Shown: one piece after another, positions 50,053 to 62,820 of the stretch
Numbering within the stretch: the first letter of the stretch is position 1
How the letters are laid out: each line of letters begins with the position of its first letter
Position numbers and translations under genes: made by a program
The notes under the pieces: generated by a model
What the model was told of the DNA's origin: nothing
What the model saw: only the letters and a program-made list of their open reading frames with translations
Database searches by the model: none
Source of the DNA: Camelus ferus
Lineage: Eukaryota
Length of the DNA: 64,000 nucleotides
Assembly (NCBI RefSeq): GCF_009834535.1
Contig: NC_045713.1
Span: forward strand, 17,980,001-18,044,000
Direction: 5' to 3'

Positions 50053-53000
50053 AGTGTGGAAGCTGTGTGTCCGCAGGCTCCGTGGGGCTCGCGCCGGGAG
50101 ACCGCGGGGCGGGGCGGGGCGTCGATGGCTCTCTCCGGGCGCATGCGCACGGCGCAGTGGGCGCTCCACCTGCTCTTCCTGAGACCCTGACTTGCGAGGG
50201 ACTTGAGGGAACATTCTTGATGAACAGGTATGAGATGGTCGCTCCTCTCTCACCTATTAATAATTAGGGCTCTCGGCTGTAAAGAGCTTTCAGATACACA
50301 GCATTCTCACAGTAACTGTGGGAGCAAAATGTAATTGTGGTTGCCCCTTCTCCAGGGGAGGAATTTGAGATTCTCAGAGATTAAATGACTTAAGCTCAGG
50401 CAGCTCATCAGAGGCCCCGTGGGGACTCAGGGCTGCAGACCCTGAAGTACCACTTTTCGCCTGACACACATAGAGGGCATCTGTGAATTCCAGCTATCTG
50501 GAAACAACCCTGATTTCAAACATAGATTCTACAGCCAGCCCTATATGTGAGGCTTCGTGACCCAATTCTGGATGTGGAATATTTCGATCATTCTCTGTGA
50601 CCACCTTTAATGGGTCTTCTGTATTAGTTGGGGGAACAGATGCTTCCTTTCTGGAAGTCTGGTTCTCCTAGTTTCTGGGGACACCATTCAAGGGGGATGT
50701 TGGTTCAAGCAAACTCTGGACATTTCATTCACCTTCTAGGACAGTCAGCTCACTTGCCATTACCCAGGAGCCTGAAGCCTGAGCTGAAACCCATGACCAA
50801 CACAGACAGAGAGAGCTTCTTTTGGCCTCCTCTCCTGACATTACTCACAGCACCATTAGGAAAAAATACTCACACTCCCCAGTCACGTGAGAAAGAAAGA
50901 GAACATTTTCTTTACCCACGAGCAGGTCCACCTGCCCCTAACTCTTACTAGACCAGCATTCAGGTCTCTGGATTAGAGCTCTTTCATACAAGGAACCTGT
51001 TACAAACATCCTCATTTAATGCCACAATTCTTACACAAATGAGAATTCATGCTGACATCATGCCTGCTTCTATAATGTGGGTCATCCTTGAAGAACTCTG
51101 GCAGGTATATAAAAATATGAAAATCTTTCAACACCTTGGGAAGATGACTTAGTACCTGGTAAGTTGTTCAGGCCAGTCCAGATCTGTGCAGAAATTATTG
51201 CCATGGAAATAGATTTGTAGGTTAAGACAAGATCAACCAATAGGGGTAGAGATAAATGGGAAAAGTAGATTATTAGGACAAAGGCTAATTGGGAGCCTCA
51301 CAGGTGAAATCCTCCCCACTCAATGTGGCAGTGTCTTCAGACTTGTCACCCATCATTTCTTTGTACTCACGTATGAAGAAGCCACACTATTAGGAGAAAT
51401 AAATCAGAAAATCTGGATAGGCGGGCAGGGCAGGAAGTTGAGAGTAGGGAAAAGCTGAGACAGAAGAAAGGAACTAAGCTGACTTGTATTTGTGGGCCAG
51501 AACGCGTATGTGAACAACAGCTCTCGTGTGCTGAGCACCTACTGTGTGCCAAGTTCAGTAGTTATACACATAATCCAAAGCAGAAAAGCGCAGATTCTGC
51601 ATCCTTTGGCCTCTTTCTGTCTCATTCCAGCCACTCTGTGATGTAGGCATTATTAGCATTTCAAAAATGAGGAAACAGGCTCAGAGAAGTAGAGCAAGCT
51701 GCCTGACATTAAACAGTGAGTAGGAGTCAAAATGTGTACCCAGACCTGCCTGACTTCGTTGTCTGAGTTCTTCCTGCTGTACCATCCTGTCTGTGGGACG
51801 GCTGGGGTCGGATGCTGTTGGTGTCAAGGGGGCGATGAAAACACTCACCCTGTACAGGACGGCTGTGATGAGAGCCAGCAGCAGCAGTCCCCCCATAGAG
51901 CTGCTCACAATGAGGGGGACAGGATCATAGAGCTCATACTCTTCTAGCACTGTCACCATCTGATCGGGGGATCAGAAAGTATCAGGCTTCTTGCCGTTCC
52001 AGGCTCTTCCCAGGTCCCCAACCTTTACCTCCCTCCCCTCCTTCACCAGGCTCAGCTCCAACGGATGAGATACAGAAGCACTCATAGGCTTAGGGACAAC
52101 TGTCCTACCCAGGGACCTCCATCCTTCCTCCCTCCAGGCTTGCAGGCCCCCCACCCAGCACCACAGATTTAGCATCAGAAGCCCTCTTGCCAGCCTGGCC
52201 ACTGCCCACCATACAGTCACTACCTGGGATCTCAAAAAGGCCTCCTGTCCTGAAATCTGGGAATACGTGGATCTGTTGAATGTGATTTCAGCCACACTCA
52301 CGACCAGTATTTCCTTCTGCAACATCTGTTAAAAAGGAGAGAGCTGGGAACTAGCTCTGGGGAAGGCTCAGGGTTAGAAAATGCCCTGCCTTCGGGTGGG
52401 CACAGACATATTAGCCCCCACTGGAGTCGGGGAAGGGACTGAACTGTTGGGCCTCCACACCTGGCTGACCCAGCCAAAGCTGAGTTTGCCCTTCAGGATG
52501 AAGTCAAGTTCCTCCTGGACTCCGAAGGAGGGGATGTCACAGTGGAACCTCAGGCAGTCGGCAATGGAGCAGTCCTAGGGTCAGGAGAGGAATGAAGCTG
52601 AGCAGGGTCTTCACTTAAGGAGAGACCACGGGAGAAAATAAAGTGGGTCAGATATGGGGTGGGGAACAGATGAACAATTACAGGTTGTAAACATAGTGCT
52701 GCAACCTAGCAGTACATTCCCCTGTGTCTCCCAATGTATAGCTGGTCCTGCAGTGGGAGTCCATGGCCTTGCTCACCAGCATGAGGCTCCCTGGAGTCTG
52801 GAAGTCAGGATGCTGGGGAGGTTCCCTCTCTGACACACAGGGGAGACTCTAGGGAGGGAGAGCAATAGCCACAGAATGATCAACAGTTCACTGGCAAGAG
52901 GGTACGAGGCACTGTGAGATCAGACCCTGGAGAGTGAGGAAAGACAGACGGGCACCTGCAAAGGGGCCACCACAGCCATGTCCCACACAGCCACACTGTT

Positions 53001-53911
53001 CAGCAGGACAGGGACCCAGAAATGAATGCTGAGGGCGAGATCTGGCTGACCCAGGTTATTCACCTGCAGAAAATGGAGACAACATTACTGTTGTCCTTGA
53101 AGCATCCCAAATCCCACCCCTTTTCCGGCTCTCGCCCTCCGCTCCTCTCCATCTTCCCCCACTGGCTTCCTCCATTAGCAGTCCCTTGGGAGGGACAGAC
53201 GTGAGTATTCTCTGGCCTCTCACACGATATTGATGCTCAGCTTCTTTTCTGCTCTTCTCATCAGAAGCTGAAAAATTGAAGTATTTGGTGGAGTCTTCCT
53301 GGCTGTAGAGACAGGGAGGGCTTGTTGGTGAAAAACAGCCCTGGGACCATCCTCAGTTGCACCCCAGCCTCCTGCTAGCTCTGCTGGGCCCAGCAGATGA
53401 CCGGGGGGAACGATGACTGTCCCCACATACCTGTACAGCCTCCCCTCCATGGCCTTTGCCCTGGTCACCCAGAACTGCTAGCTTGTCCTTTGATACCCCT
53501 GCTCTTTCCTATCCCCATGACTTTGCTCAAGCTTTTTTTTTTTTTTTCCTGCTTAGAATGTCCTTGTCTGCTCCTCCCTCTAGAAAGTTTCACTTAAAGG
53601 CCCAACTTGAACATCACCTCTCATAATATCAAAACATTTCCCAATGGATAAAGGTGTTCCCATTGCTTTCTCTAGTAGGTACAATGTTGGTTTCCTGTAA
53701 TGCTTGCAGAGGCAGCTGCCAGAACAAATTAGCCTGAGGGGACCTCAGGGAACCATGGCCTGGATCACTTGGTAAAAGATGGGGTGCTAGTCCTTCCATG
53801 ATGGGGAGAAACTGATGTGGCTATCCTGGGGCAGTTAAGTAAATGTAAAAGAGGAAAGATGGTGCATGGAGTCCATGGGTGAGCATAAAATCTCCAGACT
53901 GCTGGTGGCTT

Positions 53912-53936
53912 TCCATCCATCCATCCATCCATCCAT
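53912..53936. repeat. (TCCA)n microsatellite, about 6 units
   Basis: Direct reading. Confidence 0.8.
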
Positions 53937-56079
53937 GGATTCCTTCAGTAAACATTTACCATGTGCCAGGCTGTGTGCTTGTTTCTGGAGAGTCAACAGT
54001 TAACAAGCCATGATCCCTGCCATCCCAGAGCTTAACATCTAAGAGCTCAGTGGAATCAGGCAAACAAGGAGAGTGACTAGCAAGCAGAAGCCAGGCCAGC
54101 CCTAAAGGAACTCCATGGGCCCCCTTGGTTTTCCCACAGATGTGACTGTCAGCTTGATGATTAAGAACATAGACCCTGGAGCCAGACCACCTGGGTTCAC
54201 ATCTCAGGTCCACCACTTCCTACCCAAGTAACCTAAGGCAAATTCCTTAACCTTTCTGGACCCCTGTAGTTTTTTCCTCTTTAAAAGGGGGATGCTAATA
54301 ATAGTGCCTGTAACAGACTGGTGATGAGGCTTGTAGTGGTGCCATAAATATTAAAATCTACTTTTTCCCCCTTAGGATGTTAGCCTTCCTTTCTGCTTCC
54401 CATCCCGCCCCCTTCTCTCTCTCTGCTTCAGTTTTCTCACCTAAAACTCTTCTAGTTCTAAACCTCTTTTCAAATTTGAGTAGACCACTCAGCTTCTCCA
54501 GTCCTTGGAGAGGCATGTACAATATGGCCCTTGGGCACAGCTCTGGACCCAGACCATCTGGGTTTGATTCCTGGTTCTGCTGCTTACCAGCTGAATGACA
54601 GGGCTAAGTTATTTAACCTGTGGATTTCTTTGCTGGCAAAAAGGGGTGTAATAATAACTATATCACAGAGTTAACAGAAGGGTTAAATGAATGTAAATGC
54701 ATATAAAGTACTTAAAACAATGCCTGGCATATCGTTAAGTATATGTAACTGTGAGCTCTTATGATAAGTTTCAGCGTTTCCCATGGATAGAAGGGGAAAT
54801 TCACACACACAGTTTGGAAGGGCAATGACACCACTTGACCCCCCACGTAGTTCCCCTAAAAATTGGCACATCAGCGGCAACAGCAGCAAACTCCGTCCCA
54901 CAACTATATGAGAAGCTTCTGACCAATTCTAAAAGCTCTGGACTTTAGCCAGGTATGTGGGGCCCCTTGTCCTGCTCCCAGCCTGGCCCGCCCCCACTCC
55001 CTCACCCACCTTCAGAACCCAGAGCAGCAGCCCTACACTTGCCTTTCCTGCCTTGACCTTGGTTTCTTAAAGGCCCTCCCAACAATTTCTCACATCTCTG
55101 CTCTCCTCTGAGTTTTATGAAAACCTGATCTTTTCTTTGCTCTGTGTGGTGACAGACCATATCCTGTTGGGCACAGACTCCCCACCTCTGAGTACTCAGA
55201 AAATCTTCAGTCTTCATTGAGTAGCTTCGATTCAGCACATCTGTGTTTAGCCCAAAGGATAGAATTGGCTTCATGCTAAAGGAAGCCTGCATCTTGGAGA
55301 GAGAGGAGGGAATGTGCATGGTGGCAAGGCGTATGTGTCCCATCACCAGGCCAGTTCATTAGAGAAGAAGCAAGAATGATGGAATATGCTATTATGGTAT
55401 AAATATATGGCTGTCACAAGAAGTCCCATGTGAGGAGTCAGGGCAGCTAGCTTAGATACCCATCTTCAAAAGAGCAGGCTGGCCTGCAAGGGGAGGTACT
55501 AGGATTGGAGGAAGGTCCGGGGGAGGGCCAGGGATTAAGTACCTGCTGATCACCGTGTAGACAGCGTATTTCACTGGGAGCTCCAGCTGGAAGTTAGACT
55601 TGCTGGATGCAGGCTTATTATTTTCACTTGGGGGGGGGGGTTCCTGGTTGGGAAGGAATCCAGGAGAGGAGTCTCCAGCTAGGGCATGAGATGGGAGGGT
55701 GGGGGATGCACCATACCTGGCCTGGGTTCACCTGCTTGCATTGGCTGTCAAAAGCAACTTGTCTCCCAGGGTGGCCTTGTAGGAGACATCAAATGTGACC
55801 ATGAAGGTGCCCTGAGGGAAGAAGAAAGGGTTGGGGATAGGGAAGGCCATGGGGGAGTGAGGGAAGGAAATGGGTCACGACATGGGAGAAGAGTCATGAG
55901 AAGTTGGGGGGAAGCTCTGACTTTAGTGCCCTCTTGGAAGATGGGATGGTTAATGCTACAGCCGCTGCTACTCAAGCCCTCGTCCCCAGTGGGCACTGCC
56001 TCACATGCCAGGTGCAGGGGCCGCTGATGGGGTTGCTTCCAGAGGAGGAGGATTTAAAAAAACTTACCCACATGCATAT

Positions 56080-57380
56080 ATGGGTTTGATATATAAAAGT
56101 GGTGGCATTGCAGAGCAGTGAGTGAAATGACAGATTTTTCAGTAAATAGTCCTGGGAAAATTGGCCCATACAAAACAAACAAACAAACAAACAAACAAAC
56201 AAACAAACAAACAAACAAACAAACATTGGATCCTCACCTCACTCCATACATTAGAATAAATCTCCACTGGATTAAAGACTTAAATGTGAAGAGGCAAAAC
56301 TATCAATCTTTTAGAAGAGATAATATAGCAGAATATCTTTATAACCTTGGACTAGAGAAGTATTTCTTAAACAAGATAAACACACAAAACACTAAATACA
56401 AAGGGAAAGTTAGATAAAAAGCAACCACAATCAAATTAAGACAGTCTGTTTATTAAAAGACACTACAAAGAGACTAAAAAGACAAGCGACCAAGCAGCAG
56501 GATTGGAAAAGATATTGGAACATATATAATTGGAAAAGAACTAGTAACCAGAATATGTAAAGAGCTCTTACAACTGAATAAGAAAAAGATGGACAACTCA
56601 ATAGAAAAAGAAGAAAAAGACTTGGTGCTCAAGAATGGTCATGGCCAAAATCAGAAACAACTCAAATGACCACTGATTGTCAAATGAGTAAATAAATTGT
56701 GGTATCATCATACAAAGGGATTCTATATAGCAGTGAAATATTCCATAGCTATAGACCACAACATTGATGGATTTCACTAGCATAATATTGAAGAAAAGAA
56801 GAAAGACACAAAATAACATATAACATTGTTATCACTTATATTTGGAATCTAAAAAATAAACAAATGAGTTTTACAAAATAGAAGCAAACTCACAGATGTA
56901 GAGAACAGGCTGGTGGTCACTACTGAGGAGAGGAATGGGAAGGGCAAGATGGGGGTAAGGGGTTAAGAGGTACAAACTACTATGTATAAAATAAGTAAGA
57001 TATAAGGATATATTGTCCAGCACAGGAAATATAGCCAGTATTTTATAATAATTTTAAATGGAGTATAATTTATAAAAATATTGAATCATTAATGTTGTAC
57101 ATCTGATATACTTTAATTTTTTAATTTCAGGGAAAAAAGGAACTTACAACATGTTTCCATTCATATAAAGTTCAAATAGTGGCAAAACCCAACAGTATTG
57201 TCTAGGAAAGTATTTATGGGTGGTAAAATTATAAAGAAATACAAAGATTTGATTATCACAAAGTTAGAATAGTGATGAAATTTGGGGAGAGTGTGAGGTT
57301 ATGATGAGGAAGGCACATAGTGAAAGGGCTTCTGGAGGTGTTAGCAGTGCTTTAGTTTTTAAAATGTTTTGTGAGGGAGG
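56080..57380 (+). mobile_element. Old L1 (ORF2 end/3'UTR) with a younger L1 3' end nested at about 56810-57125
   Basis: GGATCCTCACCTCACTCCATACA...ATTAAAGACTTAAATGT; nested CACTTATATTTGGAATCTAAAAAA...AGCACAGGAAATATAGCCAGTATTTTATAATAA. Confidence 0.75.
56173..56224 (+). repeat. (AAAC)13 perfect microsatellite
   Basis: Direct reading, 52 nt. Confidence 0.95.
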
Positions 57381-57388
57381 TATTTATC

Positions 57389-57494
57389 TTTATTTATTTT
57401 TACTTATTTATTTTTTTAATGGAGGTACTGGGGATTGAACCCAGGGCCTCATGCATGCTGAGCACACACTCTATCGCTGAGCTATACCCTCTGC
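57389..57494 (-). mobile_element. tRNA-derived SINE (camelid-type)
   Basis: AATGGAGGTACTGGGGATTGAACCCAGGGCCTCATGCATGCTGAGCACACACTCTATCGCTGAGCTATACCC. Confidence 0.8.
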
Positions 57495-59559
57495 CCAGTG
57501 CTTTATTTCTTGACCTGGATGTTAATTGCATAGACTTTGCTTAATATTATTCGTAAAGCTATACACATGCCTTATGCACTTCTGTGCATGTGTTTATATT
57601 TCATCATAGAAGAATTAAAAGGAATCTACTATAACCCAGGACAGGGGAGAGGTCCCAGCCACTAGAGCCCAAGGGAGCTGTTTACCTGGATTCCTAACAC
57701 TTGTCGGTAGGACAGCCCTGCTGGATAGTGGAAGCTGATCACAGTTCCGTAGGAATCCTTGCCCTCATTCCACACGTTCACTGTCACATTGAGGTCCAGG
57801 GAGCTCCCCACCACCAGGGTCTGCAGGCTGAAGGAGGAAGGACAAGGCCAGGAGAGAGACTCCATTGGAAGTAGGTTGGAACTGAGTCACGGGCAGGGGC
57901 AGGGCTGTGGGAACTCATGAGCTATGGGCTGATAACCTTCCAATCAAAAACATTTCTTTGTTGGAAGGTGAGCCAAAGGGAAACATAAGGACTTCTCATC
58001 CTAGGAGGATGGGAGACCCAAATGCTTGGCTGTCTGGCTATGAAAGGAGATAGAGCTCACCCTGAGAAGCTGAGGCTGATGCAAGGGCCCCTTCACAGAG
58101 GTAATCTTGCCCACAGTTCTCCCCAAAGGGGAGCTGCAGCAAAACAGTATATTCTCATCCCATCCGTCTTAATCCATCTCCATCCCCTCACTGTGGGCAC
58201 TCATCCCATTGAGTATTACTGAGCACCACCTGCACCCAGCACCAGGCTAGATACTGGCGAGGAGTGGGGCAATGGGAGAGGGGCAGCTAGACTATGAAAA
58301 AGAGATAGGACAAGATCCTTGGTTTCAAGGAACATAAAGTTTAGTTGAGGAGTCAAATCCAACTCACATTGAACCAACTAGTCAACAAACATTATGAAGT
58401 ATCAGTAACGAAACAGGTTCTGGGTTGGGTGGAGGGTGAGGAAAGGTGGGAACCAAAGGTGAATTAGACACAGTTCTTGAACTCAAGGAACCTGCAGTTT
58501 CAAGAGAGCCACAGGAGTAGAAGTAGAGTGCCACGGTCCAGTCATGTGATATTTGGCATGAAATCACCATGACGCAGTAAGAAGCCAGGGAAGAAGTGAC
58601 AGTTGCTGAGTGTGGTCTTCAAAAGAGAGGGAGGTAAAGACTGGGGCTCCTGGGGATGGGAGGAGATCTTTGAAGTGGAGAGAAGAAAATGTTTTCCAAG
58701 TAAGAGGTATGACATGGACAAAGGCAGAGGTAGAAATGAGAAAAGTTGGGAAGAATCTGCAGAATGAGATCCAGAGAGTTTATGCTGGAGTAAAGTGGAT
58801 ACTCAGCTGGGATGTGTGAAGGGGTCCAAGCTAAGCAGGACTGTGGTAACTGGGGGGACGTATTTTAGATTTGATGTGGTTGTTGGGCCACTGGGAGCCA
58901 CTGTAGGTTCTTAAGCACAGGGAGCCACTGTGAAAGTCAACACATCCCTGGGACTTCACTGGAAGACTTACAGAAGCAGTGAAGAGGTCCTGTGAGCCCA
59001 TGGCCAGTACAGGGCGAAGGTTCTGAGATGAGGGGATGGGCTCCCCAACCAGGGAGAAGTTGAGCCACAGGATGATGGGGTTCACCACGTCCTCCACACA
59101 GCCCTGGGGGAGAAAGGGCTTTCAAGACCCACAATCTTCCTCCTTACTTGCTACCACTATGGCTTCTTTTCCACTGCATCCACTCCCCACTGTCCAGTGC
59201 CCCATTCAAGCTGTGGAGCCAGGTTCCCTGGTCCCAAGTTTCCCCTCCAGCCTGAGCCTCTCCACCATTCCCACTTCACTCAGCAGGGAGGCTAGCCTTG
59301 GGCTCCTTCCCCTCGTCTCCCTTTCCAGGAACCCAAAGTCCTCACTGGTAAAAACAGCTTCAGGGTTTCACAGTGATCCCCCAGCCCCAGGATTTTTCTT
59401 CGAGTCAAAGTCCAGTTCTTGGTCTCATCAAAAATGGCACGAGGAATCAGACGGCCTGGATCCAATGCCAGATCGTACTTGACAGAGCTTTGGACGTCAC
59501 CTGAAGCACAAGGGGGAATGGAAGCCGGAAAGTTAATAAGAGAAACTCGGACTTCTGTT

Positions 59560-60220
59560 TCCATTTATTCATGCAATGAAGATTTGTTGAGTGCTCTCTT
59601 TGGGCCGGGAACTGGACCAGTTGCCAGGGATGCATGTGGAAAAGACAGAGAAACATGGTCCCTGCCCCGGTGAAGCTCACGGTCTAGAAACGGAGAGGGA
59701 CATGTGGGACATAACATCCCAGTGTGATCCGTGCCAGGGCGGGATTCTCTGTGGTACTGGGGGGCCTTGCTAACTCAGACTGCGGGTCAGAGACGCCTTC
59801 CTGGAAGGGCCTGTCTCAGCTCTGACCTGGAGGATGAGCAGGAGTCGGGTGAAGAGTGGGGAGGAGAGAATTCCAGACTGTGGGAACAGCAGCTAAGACC
59901 AGAAGGGAGAGAGAGGCTGGCACATGAATTCAAAAGTGTCTGGAGTAAGGAGGAGTGGGATGAGGTGAGGCTGGAGGGGCAGAGAGGGGCTAAATCAGCA
60001 GGGGCACTGCAGGGGAGAACTGTGGTCTTTATCAATGCAAGAGGGGGCACGTGAGGGATGTTTAGGACCAGTCTGTGGGGGGTTGGGGGGTGGAGGCTAC
60101 GTGGACACAGCTTCAAGTGTAGGTAGGAAGGAGAAGGCATCCTCAAGGAAGGCAATAGCTGGGGCTGGTGGAGAAAAGTGGGCAGACTTCACTTGTATCC
60201 TGGAGACAGAACCTGGAGGC
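59560..60220 (-). mobile_element. L2 LINE fragment in an ITGAD intron
   Basis: CATTTATTCATGCAATGAAGATTTGTTGAGTGCTCTC...CATGGTCCCTGCCCC. Confidence 0.55.
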
Positions 60221-62820
60221 TGAGGTGTGGGCAGAGGCAGAGAGAAGGGCAGCTGGTTGGATGGGAGGTCAGATTTGGATCTCTGGGCCCATTCTGTCCT
60301 GACCTCTAGCGGGCGGGGGTGGGGGCGGTGTCTGGGTCTACTGGGAGGAAACTCACCGAGCTGATCCTGTGAGCTTTCGTGGATAGTGAGACAGACTCTG
60401 GTGTCCCCAATTTCCAGGGTGGCGGGCACATCTTCCCAGCACCAGTACACAGCTTTTGCCACTTCCGGGGGTGTGAATATCATAGCTACCTCCACATTCA
60501 GCACCGGCAGGCTCCTGAGGGTACACACAGGGGCTGAGGACAGGCCTCTGGCCTCTGGGAGGAGAATGGGGGAGGGGACAGCTTGGTGAATTAGACACAG
60601 GTAGACAAGGGAGAAGTTGTCACCTGAACAGCAGCACGTGTCCCCGGGCCCCCACGGCCAGGTCCACCAGTCCATCCTGAGTGATGTCCTGACACCCACT
60701 CAGTGACTGCCAGAAATACTGAAGCCTGGGGGAGAGCTGGGAGCCTGCGATCCACCTGCCAGAGAGAAAGGAGGAGGGGAAGTCAAAGAAAGGGGATTGG
60801 AGGTTTGAGAAGACCTTAGTTGGGAAGGACACTGAATAGAGAAGTTGAAAAGGAGAGAGAAGTGGAGAGCAGGGTCCCAAGACAGAGAGAGGAGCACTTG
60901 TGGTCCAACAAGGACCATGAGGGTGCAGGCTAATGACAACATCAGTGCACAACAATAGGCTCATCACAGATTCATTTACTCCTCCTTTGTTCCTTCATAA
61001 CTATGTGAGGAATGCAGTGCTTAGCGCTCTCACTGAGTTATCTTTACAAGAAGCCAGTGGAATTCGTTCATCCTTTAATGTTTCATAGAAGGAAACTAAG
61101 GCTCACAGAGGCTAAATCAGTCACTTGCCTAAGCCCACGCAGCTAACAGGGCTGGCTAGGCATTTGACTTGGGGCCCTGATCTCTTGACTGCTAAGCTGC
61201 TCAAAGGGGAAGGTCACCAATGAAGCCGGTGACTGGAGGCAGCATCAGGCGAATCTAAGACGTGGGAAAGAAGGTGGAACAGAAGAAAGAGGTAGAAGAC
61301 GGGGGGCCTCACCTGGCTGTGCGGAGGGGCTGATGCTCAGTCCTGAGGTTCCATGAAACAGGTAGATGGCACCCCGGTTCTCCTGCTCTCCTGGGGCCCC
61401 GATGGCCACGTCCATCAGCTTGCCCCCATTCACATCCCCCATCACTGTCAGGGCTGCCCCAAAGTGGCTCCAGGGGTGGCCTTGCTCCCCATGGAGAATG
61501 ACCCCACACTGCCACTTAGCCCACTGCAGAAGAAAACCAGTGTCAGGTACCAACCCGGGCAAGCCCTCCACCCACACCCTGACTCCGCCCAACCCAGGTC
61601 CCGTCAGCCACTCACCCCCTTGGGCAAGGGGCACACGGACACCCGGCCCCCCCGGGTCTGCTCATAGTAATGCGGGGCCCCGATGAGGACCAGGTCGGAG
61701 CTGCCATCTCTGTCCACGTCCACGGAGCAGAGGGAGGCCCCGAAGTAGGAGCCGATCTGCAGGGCAGAGCCCGGAGTCATCCTGCCTGCCCTTGCCAGAG
61801 GACCCCTTCTGGGCCAGGTCCCGCTCTCCCCAGCCACCAGCACCTCCCTCCCCGCCCCACACCCACTTCATCTCCCTCCTCTCTGCCCCTGGAGACCCTC
61901 CTCCACGCCCAACCTGGGTCCCTGTGACTTCAGCCTTCGGCCTCCACTGCCTGGACACCTGGGTGAAGAGGACAACCTTCCCGGTGTGCTGATGGCGGGG
62001 GGCCCCCAGGACCAGGTTCTGTACCCCCTTCCAAAGGGCCAGCTCAGTGGAGTAACCTGAGGGGGCCAGGCCTCAGCACAAAGGCTTCCCCTCCCGCCCC
62101 CAGGGCCCGCCCTCCCCGGCAGCCCTGCCTGACCCTCCAGCCGCAGCCCTGTCTCACCCAGGTAAGAGTCCCTCATGTCCCCGTTCTCCTGGGACATGTT
62201 GATGAAGGTGGGGCTCATTTTGGGGGGGTACAGGAAGGCCCCTCCAGACCAGCTGAAGCTCCCCACAGCCCCCAGAACTGGTCCATCCTGGGAGGAGAGA
62301 TTCCAGGGCTGAGCAGGTGGGAAGGAGAAGCATTGCCTGCCGCTGGCTCCACTCGCCATTTGGAGTTCCTCTTCCCAGACTCTCACCGCAGCTTCCGTGT
62401 CCCTGACTCCCGTATCTCTCAGTCCCTCCCCACTGCCACTGTCACAGTCAGCCCCAGCCCTCACCCGCTGCCCTTCTGCCTCCTCACTTGCTCTCCTCTG
62501 CTTCATCTACTGCCCCAGAGCTAGATTTCTTCAAACCCAAATGTGCAGCCACCACCCTGCTAGCAAACCAAGATGGCTCCCTGTCACCAAGCCCCTGAAG
62601 GTGGCATCTAGGATCCTTCCCAATCAAACCAAATCCTCTGCTCCAAAACACACCAAGCCTCTGGCCTGGACACTTCTCTCTCCTCTCTTTCTGGGACTCA
62701 ACTCCTCCTTCTGGAAGAGTTAACCTCAAAGTCACCTCTGTGAGGTCTTCCTGGGCTCCCTCCAGAAGCGACAAGTGTTTCCCCTTCTGAATACTTTGTT
62801 TATTGCCTTTTCAAACTTTT

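Larger units (their letters stand above)
51285..62287 (-). pseudogene. ITGAD: Integrin alpha-D (CD11d), 3' 20 exons, apparently inactivated; 5' part lies beyond the window
   Basis: Exons 62158-62287, 61914-62056, 61616-61756, 61313-61523 (211 nt, +1), 60624-60755 (132 nt, +1), 60357-60514, 59346-59500, 58972-59103, 58061-58133 (73 nt, -1), 57686-57827, 55922-56038 (acceptor GG), 55732-55811, 55543-55626, 53224-53302, 52956-53063, 52777-52848, 52461-52574, 52224-52325, 51849-51959 (TM), 51285-51386. FG-GAP repeats, an ITGAD-type tail (EDTATLSGEDFTCEAPN) and synteny with COX6A2 support the identity. Confidence 0.88.

Noticed and set aside
51363-51372. Consensus donor AC|GTGAGT inside the ITGAD last exon
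   Set aside because: No downstream acceptor or exon identified; probably incidental to the GFFIR codon changes.
56118-56417. 99-aa ORF containing TNKQ repeats
   Set aside because: Translation of the (AAAC)13 microsatellite within a decayed L1 ORF2.
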